Of a DNA stretch of 64,000 bases, positions 19,568 through 29,894 are shown piece after piece. The notes beneath the pieces are model-generated. The model saw only the letters and a list, made by a program, of their open reading frames with translations. It was not told the DNA's origin and made no database searches. The stretch spans positions 224,001-288,000 of the forward strand of contig CAVRFW010000005.1 of the NCBI GenBank assembly GCA_963720565.1. Direction: 5' to 3'. The DNA comes from Candidatus Bathyarchaeota archaeon (GTDB lineage Archaea; Thermoproteota; Bathyarchaeia; Bathyarchaeales; Bathycorpusculaceae). Each line of letters starts with the position of its first letter. Position 1 is the stretch's first letter. Both the position numbers and the translations under genes were made by a program.

Positions 19568-21263
19568 ATGACTGCATTCTTCAAATCCCTGTCTGAACTT
19601 CTAGAAAAAATAGAGAAAACCAGAAAACGACTGGAAATAGTAAACCTGACAGCCGATTTCCTAAGATCTCTTGATGCCGAAGAAGTTGAGCCAGCAGTTT
19701 CTATGATTCTAGGTAAACCTATCCCAAAATGGAGCGCAAAAAACCTAGATGTAAGCTGGTCAACCTTAACCGGAATTCTGCAACGAGTAACTGACGTTGA
19801 TTGGAACACGTTCAATGAAACCTTCCGCGAAACAGGCGACATCGGTTCCGCCACCAAAACAGTTTTCGAAAAAACCAAACTAAAAAGACAATCACGCCTA
19901 CTAGAGGAACCGTTAACATTGAGTGAAGTTAGACACACTCTCAAAACCATTGCGGAAACTACAGGTTCAGGCTCAAGAGAAAAGAAAGAGCGCATCATAA
20001 CGGCGTTGCTTGGTCAAGCTTCACCTGTGGAAGCCAAATATTTAATCAAGATTTTCACTGGAGAAATGCGCACAGGGTTGCATGAAGGCTTAATGGAACA
20101 GGCTATTGCCAAACGCCTACGAAATTCCGCTGAAAACAGTTCAAGAGGCAAGCATGGCTTTAGGCGATGCAAGCGAAGTGGCTAAAACGGCAAAAGCAGG
20201 AGGCAAAGAAGCCCTGCAAATGGTGGATTTCAAGATTTTTAGACCCGTAAGACTAATGCTTGCTCAAACAGTAGCAGGTGTCGATGAAGCCTTACTGATG
20301 CATGGTGGCAAAACCGCATTCGAATACAAATATGACGGTGCAAGAGTCCAAATCCACAAGCAAGACAGCGAAGTGCGGGTTTTCAGCCGGAGACTAACAG
20401 ACGTAACCCAAAGCCTTCCGGAAATAACTGAAACCGTGAGAAAAAATGTCAAAGTGTCTAAAGCTATCTTGGAAGGGGAAGTCGTGGCTGTAGACAATTC
20501 TGGTACTCCTATTCCCTTTCAACACTTAATGCGAAGGTTTAAGCGAGTCCACAGAGTGCACGATATGGCCACGAAGATTCCTGTAAAACTTTACTTATTT
20601 GACATTCTATATCATGAAGGCAAAAGCTTAATCGCAACACCTTACCTGAAACGCAGAATGGTTCTCGGTGAGAGCTCTGGAGATATACCGATAACAAGTC
20701 TCTTGGTTGCTGATAAGAAAGAGGAAGCTGCCAAGTTTCTCCAGGCAGCGATTGATGCTGGACATGAAGGTTTAATCGCGAAAAAACTTGACAGCTCTTA
20801 CGCCCCTGGAACACGTGGAAAGCACTGGCTCAAAATAAAGCCTGTTTTGGATCCGCTGGACTTAGTTATCGTTGCAGCTGAATACGGTTACGGGCGAAGG
20901 CACCGATGGCTGTCAGACTACTACTTAGCAGCACGTGACGCCGATGCTGGAGAATTCTCGGTTGTGGGTAAGACATTTAAGGGCTTGACTGACGCGGAAT
21001 TTGCTGAGATAACCAAACGGTTGAAGGCTCTCACAGTAAGCCAGCAACAAAATCGGGTCGTTGTTCTTCCAAACGTGGTGGTTGAGGTAACATATAACGA
21101 GATTCAGCAAAGTCCGAAATACCAGAGTGGAATGGCATTGCGGTTTGCTCGGATCAGCCGCATACGTGATGACAAAAACGTGGAAGACGTAGACACGATA
21201 GAACGAGTTCGAGAGATTTATGAGAGACAATTTGCTAAAAAAGGCAGATATACGAACAACTGA
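19568..21263 (+). CDS. lig: ATP-dependent DNA ligase, split by a +1 frameshift at about 20114
   Basis: N-terminal DNA-binding domain in 19568..20185; EYKYDGARVQIH, EGLIAK, WLKIK, ALRFARI in the second frame; removing C20114 joins them. Confidence 0.9.
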
Positions 21264-21276
21264 CAACAATAAGTTA

Positions 21277-22323
21277 ATGGTGAATCCATTGGATAGAGAG
21301 GCATTCGCTCAAGAGTTCTACAGTCGCCAAGTTGTAATGAAAGAGCTGGGATGGAAAGGCCAGCGGAAACTCGGCAAAGCCAAAGTTGCTATAGTCGGCA
21401 TTGGAGGTTTGGGCACCACTTCCGCCATGTATTTGGCTCTAGCAGGCGTCGGACAAATTCGCCTCATTGACCAGGACATGGTCGAAATGGCAAATCTTCA
21501 TAGGCAAATTCTCTACACAACTGATGATTTGCATTATCCAAAAGTTGAAGCTGCTGCCCGGCGATTGGCGAAACTGAATCCGCTTTTGACAGTTGATCCA
21601 GTCTCAGAAAACATCAATGCTGGCAACGTTGAGCGACTGCTTTCTGGAGTTGACTGTGTGGTGGATGGTTTGGATAACATGTCAACTCGCTATCTGGTTA
21701 ATCGCGCATGCATAAAGCTAGGTGTCACGTACATTTTTGGTGCAGCCATCGGATTGGAGGGCAATATTTCGGTTTTTTCTCCGCCTGAGACTGGTTGTTT
21801 AGAGTGCTTGCTCCCCAATATTTCCGATTCCGAATTGATGAAGTGTGACACCCGCGGAGTTGTGGGCGCTACACCTGGAATCATCGGTGCAATGCAGGCG
21901 TTGGAAGCAGTGAAGGTGCTCACAGGCGTGGGTGTTCCTTTGAAGGGCAAGTTGTTAGTCTGCGATTTCAGCGACATGAGCTTTGCAGCAATCGATATCC
22001 ACAAAGCTGCTAACTGCAAAGCATGCAAAGGCGTTTCAGCGTCCACCGTTGGCGGCGAAAAGCTTGTTTGGCTATGTGGAAGAGAAACAGCAAACATTAA
22101 TCCTGAGAAACAATTGAAGTTGAACCTTGACAAGATTCAAAGAGCAATTACAACACGTTTCAATGTCCGTGTTAAATCACATCTGGCAATAATGTTTGAC
22201 TATGAAGGCTTGGAAGTTAGCCTCTTCACTAGCGGCCGAATGATTATCAAGAACGTTAAAGATGAGGATTCAGCGATGAGAGCTTACAGAGAAATCCTTA
22301 GTTTACTGAAAATAAAAAGTTGA
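21277..22323 (+). CDS. MoeB/ThiF/UbaA E1-like adenylyltransferase
   Basis: YSRQ, GIGGLG, NLHRQ, DGLDN, CLEC and CKAC Zn motifs. Confidence 0.93.
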   Translation: MVNPLDREAFAQEFYSRQVVMKELGWKGQRKLGKAKVAIVGIGGLGTTSAMYLALAGVGQIRLIDQDMVEMANLHRQILYTTDDLHYPKVEAAARRLAKLNPLLTVDPVSENINAGNVERLLSGVDCVVDGLDNMSTRYLVNRACIKLGVTYIFGAAIGLEGNISVFSPPETGCLECLLPNISDSELMKCDTRGVVGATPGIIGAMQALEAVKVLTGVGVPLKGKLLVCDFSDMSFAAIDIHKAANCKACKGVSASTVGGEKLVWLCGRETANINPEKQLKLNLDKIQRAITTRFNVRVKSHLAIMFDYEGLEVSLFTSGRMIIKNVKDEDSAMRAYREILSLLKIKS

Positions 22324-22389
22324 CCCGTCAAGGAACAAGCTGGAAAAAAAGGCTGGCGTTTCGAGTAAAGCCAAGCTAAGAGCTACTTG

Positions 22390-23667
22390 TTATTTGTCTG
22401 TGGTTCTGCCTATTTCGTTAATGATTTCTTTGGCTCGGTCCATGCGGATTTTCCGTTCTTTCACCATTATTTCTGCCACTGAATCCACCAGTTCTTCTGG
22501 AGCGCCAGCAGCTACAGCAATATTTCTGGCGTGAAGGGACATGTGACCACGTTGTATGCCCTCATGAGCTAGAGCACGGAGTGCTGCCAGGTTTTGCGCT
22601 AAACCGACGGCTGCTAGGACCTCTGCGAACTCGTTGGCTGTCTTTACGCTTAGGATTTTGACTGCGATTTTGGCTATGGGGTGCGTTCGTACTGCTCCGC
22701 CTATTAACCCAACTGCCATTGGCAACTCAATCGATCCCTTAAGGTCGCCCTTTTCAGTCTTTTCCCAGGTGGAAAGCGAGGTGTATCTCCCCTTGAGAGC
22801 TGCATAGGCATGGGCTCCTGCCTCAATGGCGCGGTGATCATTGCCCGTGGCTAGAATAACCGCAATAATGCCATTCATGGCACCCTTGTTGTGTGTAGCT
22901 GCGCGGTAAGGATCTGCAGCTGCGAAGGCTGAAGCGTTGACGATTCCATCTACAACTTCTTGACCGCCAATTGACTCTTTTGGGATGACGCACCAAGCCC
23001 GAGCTAAGCGTTTGGTGGCTAAATTGCTGATTATGCGCAAATAAACGCGCCCTTCTGTGAGGTCCTCTATTATTGGAGCAATCGCTTCGGCCATCGTGTT
23101 GACAGCATTCGCCCCCATAGCGTCGCGGCAATCCACGTACAGTTCTGTGATAAGCATTGGTCCCTCTGTGGTGTGGATAACTTTTGCATCCAAGTCTTTT
23201 GCCCCGCCGCCAGCAGCCACCAAAACTGGATCCTGCTCATTCGCTTTCTTCAGAATTGCTTCTTTAGCTTCTAATACACGTTGTCTGGCTGTTTCTGGGT
23301 CTTTAATTCCGACAGCTTGAATTTGGCCTATCATAATTGGCGGCGTACTACTGGTGCGAAATCCACCACCATCACGAACGATTTTGGCAGCGTAGCTGGC
23401 TGCAGCAACCACAGACGGCTCCTCAATAGCCATTGGAACTAAATAATCAACGTCATTAACGAGAAAATTAACGGCAACACCCAATGGAATGGGAAATGCT
23501 CCTACCACATTTTCTATCATGCGATCAGCCATGCTTAGGGGCAAAGAACCAGTGTTCTGTAGCAAATCACATTCTTCATCAGACAAATTAGCAAATTCCT
23601 TGACAAGATGCAAACGTTCTTTTGGGCTGAGCTTATAGAAACCAGATACTAAAGATGATTTTTTCAT
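22390..23667 (-). CDS. mvaA: HMG-CoA reductase, class II
   Basis: ENVVG, EEPSVVAAAS, DAMGAN, THNKG, GIQRGHMSLH; start MKKSS at 23667. Confidence 0.95.
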   Translation of the reverse strand: MKKSSLVSGFYKLSPKERLHLVKEFANLSDEECDLLQNTGSLPLSMADRMIENVVGAFPIPLGVAVNFLVNDVDYLVPMAIEEPSVVAAASYAAKIVRDGGGFRTSSTPPIMIGQIQAVGIKDPETARQRVLEAKEAILKKANEQDPVLVAAGGGAKDLDAKVIHTTEGPMLITELYVDCRDAMGANAVNTMAEAIAPIIEDLTEGRVYLRIISNLATKRLARAWCVIPKESIGGQEVVDGIVNASAFAAADPYRAATHNKGAMNGIIAVILATGNDHRAIEAGAHAYAALKGRYTSLSTWEKTEKGDLKGSIELPMAVGLIGGAVRTHPIAKIAVKILSVKTANEFAEVLAAVGLAQNLAALRALAHEGIQRGHMSLHARNIAVAAGAPEELVDSVAEIMVKERKIRMDRAKEIINEIGRTTDK

Positions 23668-23833
23668 GATTAGCACTTTCTTGATGATGGCATGAAATAG
23701 ATTTTGTTTTGAACTTTTAAGCTTTGACCAAAATGAACAAAAGACTAGAATGAAAAGAACGTCTAATTCGTGGTATGTTCGGGGCAAATTGTATTTTATG
23801 CCAATTAACCCAAGTCTTTAGGCTATTGATGTG

Positions 23834-24859
23834 CTAGGCAGAGCATTTCTTAGGCATTGCAATCGCGGGTATTCCCAAACGCTTGCGAATCTCACGTGCT
23901 AGAGTTACGCCATGGCTAACTCGGAAATTGTCTGTCACAACACTCCGTGGCTTGCAGCGCTTGACATATTCGATAAGACCGTCAAAATCCGAATGATCAC
24001 TTAAGGCGACCAAATGTTCGTGCTCGCCAATTTGCCTGCATGCAGAACGGAACTCCCAACCACTAACACAAATCCGCGAACCGCGTAGACCTACGCTGCC
24101 GCGAGCGTTCATATGATAAAACGCAACACATGGCAAATCACAATTTAAAAGTTCCTGACCATCAGTTTCAGTCGAGAGTGTCAAACCGCCCAATCGCATG
24201 CCATGTTGCTCGCAAACTTTGGAAACATGAAAAACCCGCTCAGGCATAACGAAAGGAACACTCACATCCGCACAACGCAAAATCTGCATAACTTCCTGCA
24301 ACTTACCATGATAACCAAAAACGTAGACTACACCACGTCTAAGCCGTTGCTCGACCATCTCCACCAACAGACTCTCAACATTCAATCCAAATGATCTCCT
24401 GCACAACGGGCTCCCATAAGTCGCCTCCACCACCAACACATCACAATCCGTAATAGGCTCGGTACCTTCGAGTCTGAAGTCACCCGTGTAGGCAACCCTT
24501 ACTCCTTCCGAGTCCTCAACAATAACCTGCGCTGCACCCAAAATATGGTCTGCTCTGGTGAGGGTAACTCGTTCACCATCAAACTCGAGATTTTCTCCAT
24601 ATTCAATAGTTTCTACGTGACCATTCCCGAGCATGTTTGGTCCGTTCATCACTCCCACGAGATCCCGAGTAGCTGCGGTCATCAGAACTTTCTCGCAACT
24701 TCGAAGACTGCTCCGGAGTCCGCACAGATGGTCTGCGTGAGCATGAGTGACAATCCGCAAAGGTCTCGTGGCGTCAAAGGCATCGCACGCTACAGAATCT
24801 CCCAGCAAAATCGCCCCGCGTGGACTCACTTGGGCCTTCGAAGGCAACCAAGACCCCAA
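23834..24859 (-). CDS. MBL-fold/beta-CASP-like nuclease
   Basis: THAHADH, HILGAAQ, YTGDF, EATYG, LSDHSDF; start probably TTG at 24859. Confidence 0.85.
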   Translation of the reverse strand: MGSWLPSKAQVSPRGAILLGDSVACDAFDATRPLRIVTHAHADHLCGLRSSLRSCEKVLMTAATRDLVGVMNGPNMLGNGHVETIEYGENLEFDGERVTLTRADHILGAAQVIVEDSEGVRVAYTGDFRLEGTEPITDCDVLVVEATYGSPLCRRSFGLNVESLLVEMVEQRLRRGVVYVFGYHGKLQEVMQILRCADVSVPFVMPERVFHVSKVCEQHGMRLGGLTLSTETDGQELLNCDLPCVAFYHMNARGSVGLRGSRICVSGWEFRSACRQIGEHEHLVALSDHSDFDGLIEYVKRCKPRSVVTDNFRVSHGVTLAREIRKRLGIPAIAMPKKCSA

Positions 24860-24860
24860 C

Positions 24861-25262
24861 TTATGCTGTTCGTGGCGCAAGCCAATCCACCAGTTTTCTC
24901 GGATCATCACATTTGATTGTAACTTTTATTGGTCCCAATGGCGACTCAGCTATCTCTTCGGAAAAGGAAATGTGCCCGGCAAACGCCACCTGCTTGTTTA
25001 AACAAAAAACAACAGCGCCATTTTTTGTGCTTTTGAGAAGTGCTCTTCGGGCTGCGTCTCGAATCCGATCATTTCGTAGCAAGTTGCGAAATTTAATGAG
25101 TGCCTCCTGTCCTTTCACCTTTGCCTCAAGAACGCTTCCATTATGACTGGAGTTAACAACTATTGGCAATCCGGCAAAAAGATTCGCGACGGCTGTCCTA
25201 ACCTTCTCCTCACTCTCCGTGAGATTCACAGCAGTCTCCACTTGAACTATAATCTCATCATT
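24861..25262 (-). CDS. UPF0201/DUF54 putative RNA-binding protein; start uncertain
   Basis: TESEEKV..AV.NLF, IRDAAR, LNKQVAFAG, SPLGPI, WLAPRT. Confidence 0.8.
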   Translation of the reverse strand, partial: NDEIIVQVETAVNLTESEEKVRTAVANLFAGLPIVVNSSHNGSVLEAKVKGQEALIKFRNLLRNDRIRDAARRALLKSTKNGAVVFCLNKQVAFAGHISFSEEIAESPLGPIKVTIKCDDPRKLVDWLAPRTA

Positions 25263-25407
25263 TATTCTGCATCAACCCTTGCAGAGTGTATCTGTCAATC
25301 CAGCTTTCAGAGTCTATGCTACACTCTTATGGTTATCTTACAATAGCAGAATCTAGACTTAATATAAACATTTATGAGGGGAAATTGTAAAAAATAGGGG
25401 GGCCCAG

Positions 25408-25977
25408 ATGTCCGAATCGATAAGAAGTTTCTTGGCTTTCGACATTGAAAGCGAATTGGTTACTAAAAGGTTAGTGATTGCGCAGAGACTTTTGGTCCAA
25501 ACAGGCGCCGATTTGAAAATCATTGAGCCCGAGAATATCCATCTTACAGTCCGCTTCTTGGGTGATGTTTCACCACCACTAGTTGAGAAGATTTATGAAA
25601 TAATGAAGAACGTTCAATTTTCTGCCTTTGAAGTTCACATTAACGGCATAGGCGCATTCCCAGATTTGCGCTACCCCCGAGTTGTCTGGGCAGGAATAGC
25701 CCGCGGCGCAGACCAACTCAAAAACATTTTTAGCCAACTCGAACCACAACTTCAAAGTGCAGGCTTCACCCCCGACCCAAAAGGCTTCAACCCGCATCTG
25801 ACAATCGCCCGCGTGCGCTCAGGAAAAAACAGGCAACAACTAGGCGTCTCACTCAGCAACAACGCGAATTATGACTTTGGAATCGTTAAGGCACGGTGTC
25901 TCCGCCTCAAGAGAAGTATTCTTACCCCTAAGGGGCCAATCTATTCAACGCTGAAGGAATTTTGCCCTCTGCTATAA
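25408..25977 (+). CDS. thpR: RNA 2',3'-cyclic phosphodiesterase (2'-5' RNA ligase)
   Basis: Two HxT motifs (HLTVRFLG, PHLTIAR), LTPKGPIY. Confidence 0.93.
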   Translation: MSESIRSFLAFDIESELVTKRLVIAQRLLVQTGADLKIIEPENIHLTVRFLGDVSPPLVEKIYEIMKNVQFSAFEVHINGIGAFPDLRYPRVVWAGIARGADQLKNIFSQLEPQLQSAGFTPDPKGFNPHLTIARVRSGKNRQQLGVSLSNNANYDFGIVKARCLRLKRSILTPKGPIYSTLKEFCPLL

Positions 25978-25998
25978 CAGGTAAAGGACTTTGAAACC

Positions 25999-27432
25999 AT
26001 GCGAGAATCAATCCGCGCAGTAAACGGGGAAATAATGGAGAAGATTACGCCCACACCGGAGGATAGAGCGAGAATAGAAGCCTTAGCTAAGCAACTCGAA
26101 CAGAATGTAGCATCCGCCTGCGCAGCCCAAAACATCAAAGCTATAGTACGAGTTGAAGGTTCTGTAGCAAAAGACACGTGGATACGAGGAGAGCCAGACA
26201 TCGATGTTTTTATGCGCTTGCCACCCTCGATTCCACGCAAGGCTCTCGGTGAAATCAGCCTAAGAATAGCTCGAGAAGCAACCCGGGGCTCAAGGCAGAC
26301 TGAACGTTTCGCTGAGCATCCCTACTTGGAAGCTTTCATAGATGGAATTAGAGTGAATATAGTTCCATGCTACAATGTGAAACCAGGAGAATGGCAAAGC
26401 GCCACCGATCGGACACCACTGCACACAGACTATGTGAGAAAACATCTTGACAAAATCCTGCGAGGTGAGGTACGTCTTCTCAAAAAATTCCTCAAGGGCA
26501 TCGCATCCTACGGGGCAGAAATAAAAACTGGAGGCTTCAGTGGATATCTCTGTGAACTACTGATTCTACATTACAAATCGTTCTTTGCAACCCTGGAAGG
26601 ATTCGCTCATTACGCGTCACGTCTAAGCTTGGACATGGAAGATTATTACAAAGGAAGAGAAAGAGAACTTCAGCTCCTTTTCCCAGAACCCCTTGTAGTC
26701 GTGGATCCAGTTGACAAAGGAAGAAATGTGGCTTCTGCAGTGCAACAACATAAGCTCCATATGTTCATAGCTGCAGCCAGAGCTTACCTCCAGAATCCGA
26801 GGGTGGATTTCTTTTATCCACCAAAAACCAAAGTGTTGTCGGCTGAGGTATTGAGGATAAAAATGGAGAATCATGGTTCTGCTGTCATTTTCCTAATTCT
26901 CAACCATATTGATGTCGTCGCGGATGTTCTCTGGGGGCAGCTGTACAGAACAGAGCGGGCTTTGCGGAAACAAGTCGAACTCGGGAATTTTAACGTTCTA
27001 CGAAGCGCTGTCTGGAGTGACGAGAAGACTATGGACGTCTTTGTCCTGGAACTAGAACAGCATACGCTACCCAGCGCAAAGAAACATGTAGGGCCGCCTC
27101 TTGAGCGTGAAAAAGAATGTGAAGACTTCCTATCCAAACACACAGACAATCACAGCGTGGTTTCTGGACCTTACATTGAAAATGGACGATGGGTAGTTGA
27201 ATTGAAGCGGAAACACACAGGTATCGCAGAATTTCTATTTGAAAAACTAAAAAACGGCGGTAAAGACTCAGGAGTTGCAGAACTGGTCTCCAAGGCTTTT
27301 CAAGAAAAGCTTGAGATTCTAGTTAATGCTGAGGCGATTGACGTTTATCAGAGTAACAACGAGTTCCTCGAGTTTCTCACTGACTTTCTTTCGGGCAAGC
27401 CGTTTTGGCTCGAAAGAACTCAAACTGGGTGA
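25999..27432 (+). CDS. cca: Archaeal class I CCA-adding enzyme
   Basis: GSVAKDTW, DIDVF, EHPY, DRTPLH, GFSGYLCELL, DPVDKGRNVA. Confidence 0.96.
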   Translation: MRESIRAVNGEIMEKITPTPEDRARIEALAKQLEQNVASACAAQNIKAIVRVEGSVAKDTWIRGEPDIDVFMRLPPSIPRKALGEISLRIAREATRGSRQTERFAEHPYLEAFIDGIRVNIVPCYNVKPGEWQSATDRTPLHTDYVRKHLDKILRGEVRLLKKFLKGIASYGAEIKTGGFSGYLCELLILHYKSFFATLEGFAHYASRLSLDMEDYYKGRERELQLLFPEPLVVVDPVDKGRNVASAVQQHKLHMFIAAARAYLQNPRVDFFYPPKTKVLSAEVLRIKMENHGSAVIFLILNHIDVVADVLWGQLYRTERALRKQVELGNFNVLRSAVWSDEKTMDVFVLELEQHTLPSAKKHVGPPLEREKECEDFLSKHTDNHSVVSGPYIENGRWVVELKRKHTGIAEFLFEKLKNGGKDSGVAELVSKAFQEKLEILVNAEAIDVYQSNNEFLEFLTDFLSGKPFWLERTQTG

Positions 27433-27443
27433 TCAAAACGCTT

Positions 27444-28598
27444 CTATTGAGTTACCGAATGGTACCAGCTTATTATGTACTCTGGCAGTCGCAGTCCCCT
27501 TTGAGCAAGCCTTTCCGCCAGCTTGACGGGCAAGGGACTGAGCACGTAGGCAGCACGCGTGTAGAATCGGCGTGGCGTACCAGGTTTTACTTCTTCCTCC
27601 AAGATTATTTTTAAATCGGCTTTGTTAGCTAGAGTTGAATCCTTATTGCCGGTGATCGCAAGAACATTTCCCTTGAACTGTTTCATTACGTCACACCAGA
27701 TAATGACAGGTTTAGTTTCGCCGGAAAAAGACAGAAGAATCTCTAGGTCGCCAGCTCTCGGGTGAGGTGTATTTACGCCTCTCGTGATGAAGACGTTATC
27801 TCCAAGGAAACTCTTAATATGGAAAAGCCTGACTCCAGTCATCTTGGCGATTTCACTAGCGGTACCTTTTCCGCCTAAGAACACGTTAGTTCTCTTTTCG
27901 AGCAAATCCACGAGATGCGTGTAAGTTTCCGACTCTAAGTTAGCATCTATTATAGCCCCTATTTTTTCGAACTCTTCTTTGCAAAGTCGGAACACGTCTT
28001 CAACCTCCAGGTTTCTGAAGATGGCTTCAATCATCATACAAAGCAATTGGAGCGTGCCTAGCTCGAATATGTCTCCCATCATGCCTGTCTCGCTGTACTC
28101 AAAAGAGGGTTTGGATTTTCCTCTTCCTTTGATCTGAACCACGTGCCCATGCTGTTTTGTTATTTGGGCTAGCGGTGATTCCAAGCTTGAGGTCATTAAC
28201 CCCATCGTAAACTTGTTTGTCTTCTTCTCTTCGATGTATCGGGCCAAATCCTGCGCCATTACTAAAGGATCATCTGAATAGCCACTTCCCGAATTCATCA
28301 ACAGAAGCGTCTTCTTATAGCGCCTCTCAAGGTCTGCCGCAGCATCATACATGTTCTTGCCTGGAAAGCCGGGGTCATCCGGCGTCAAAACTACCTTGTT
28401 TCTCCAGCCTATTTGACTAAGGGCTATTTGGCTCATCGCCGCGTTTAATGAATAGAGTGATCTGCCTGATCCTCCACAGACTACACAGTCAGCCGATTTT
28501 AGGGCCTCGTACAAGGGTAATAGGTCTTTTCGCCTGATGCTGAGAATGTTGTCTCGGATTTTGTTGACGTATCCGATTTTGCTGATTCTGCTCTTCAT
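27444..28598 (-). CDS. Tandem SIS-domain protein (6-phospho-3-hexuloisomerase-like)
   Basis: GSGRS...NSGSG in the first half; GKG..S...SFSGET...ITGNKDSTLA in the second. Confidence 0.75.
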   Translation of the reverse strand: MKSRISKIGYVNKIRDNILSIRRKDLLPLYEALKSADCVVCGGSGRSLYSLNAAMSQIALSQIGWRNKVVLTPDDPGFPGKNMYDAAADLERRYKKTLLLMNSGSGYSDDPLVMAQDLARYIEEKKTNKFTMGLMTSSLESPLAQITKQHGHVVQIKGRGKSKPSFEYSETGMMGDIFELGTLQLLCMMIEAIFRNLEVEDVFRLCKEEFEKIGAIIDANLESETYTHLVDLLEKRTNVFLGGKGTASEIAKMTGVRLFHIKSFLGDNVFITRGVNTPHPRAGDLEILLSFSGETKPVIIWCDVMKQFKGNVLAITGNKDSTLANKADLKIILEEEVKPGTPRRFYTRAAYVLSPLPVKLAERLAQRGLRLPEYIISWYHSVTQ

Positions 28599-28834
28599 GC
28601 GGACAGCGCCTCAATCCCACAATTGATTCTAGACACTGTATATTATTCTTGCGCTTCAGGAACCAAAGGGACCTTGTTCTTGGAGTCAGAAAATTCTAAT
28701 TCGACTTGTTTGTGGATTAATTAAGTCCTTTTGATCTTTTGGCTAGTGCGCAAAGTGTCTACTTGAAAGCAAGCATGTTTTCACCAAATCCTTATATCGA
28801 ATGAAACAGTCAGGCATCGCGATAGTGAAAACCA

Positions 28835-29470
28835 ATGCTACCTCAGAATGGAGTAGACGACTTCGATTTTCTCAGACAACTAGCTTTAAATCTTGGCGCT
28901 GCAGACGCGAAGATAATTTCCTCAGACAAAATAGTAATTGAGGATCGAATTGTACTCAAATGCAAAATAGGATGTACCAACTACGGAAAAACACTGATGT
29001 GCCCCCCGTACACGCCCACGGCTGAGGAATTCAGAAAAATCGCAAGAGAATACGGGTACGCATTGTTTATGAAGTTTAAGTCTAAGGCAGAAGCGGACGC
29101 CGAAGTCGCAAAATATCTTTCAAAGGCTGAAACCGACCCCACACTTTCACCTGAAATAAGAGAAAAGGTAAACATGTTTTGGGCCGCTTGGAAAGAAGAC
29201 AAGAGGCAAATGCTCTCCGTGATTGTTGACCTTGAAAAAGCGGCCATGCACAAAGGCTACCCTTTGGCGATAGGCTTTGTTTCCGGCTCCTGCTATTTGT
29301 GTGAAAAGTGTAATCTTGACACGAGAGTTTGTTCGCATCCGACAATAGCGCGGTATTCAGAAGATGCTGTCGGTGTAAACGTTAGGAAGACTGCTCAGAA
29401 TGCAGGAATTTCAGTTACGTTTCCCTTCGAGAAAAATCCGGAATCTTTTGCTTTGTTACTTATCGACTAA
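28835..29470 (+). CDS. DUF2284 metal-binding protein
   Basis: LKCKIGCTNYGKTLMCPP, GSCYLCEKC, GVNVRKT. Confidence 0.8.
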   Translation: MLPQNGVDDFDFLRQLALNLGAADAKIISSDKIVIEDRIVLKCKIGCTNYGKTLMCPPYTPTAEEFRKIAREYGYALFMKFKSKAEADAEVAKYLSKAETDPTLSPEIREKVNMFWAAWKEDKRQMLSVIVDLEKAAMHKGYPLAIGFVSGSCYLCEKCNLDTRVCSHPTIARYSEDAVGVNVRKTAQNAGISVTFPFEKNPESFALLLID

Positions 29471-29585
29471 TTAGCGCGTTAGGTTACTGTTCTTCATGAA
29501 ATCCTTCGGAAAAAGAATTGCAAAGTCAAGAACAAGCTTTTAAAATCCAAGTAGGTGTTCTCTCAAAGGATATAGTCAGAGCAAG

Positions 29586-29870
29586 GTGTTAGAATTGAAA
29601 CTTTTACTTGATGAAATGTATGCGGGATTGAAAGAATACTTTGAAGCTTTAGGCTACGAGGTGTTGACAGCGCAGGAAGCAGGACTAAGAAGTGCCAAAG
29701 ATAGGGATGTCGTTGAATACGCAGGCAAGAACGATTTGCTCCTAATAACCCAGGATCAGAAATCAGCTGAACTATCGGAACTCATGGACGTCAAATGTAT
29801 ATTAGTTTCTAACGCGCTGATTGCTAAAATCGCAGATTCGAAGATAAAAGAAAAGTTTCCTCAAGCATAA
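29586..29870 (+). CDS. PIN-like (DUF5615/Mut7-C N-terminal) protein
   Basis: KLLLDEM, LGYEV, DRDVVEYA, LLITQD. Confidence 0.78.
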   Translation: MLELKLLLDEMYAGLKEYFEALGYEVLTAQEAGLRSAKDRDVVEYAGKNDLLLITQDQKSAELSELMDVKCILVSNALIAKIADSKIKEKFPQA

Positions 29871-29894
29871 TCTTGGAGCGCTCTTTGTATTTAA

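Noticed and set aside
20100..20130. Programmed ribosomal frameshift in the ligase and other split genes
   Set aside because: No slippery heptamer or shared context across sites; sequencing error is simpler
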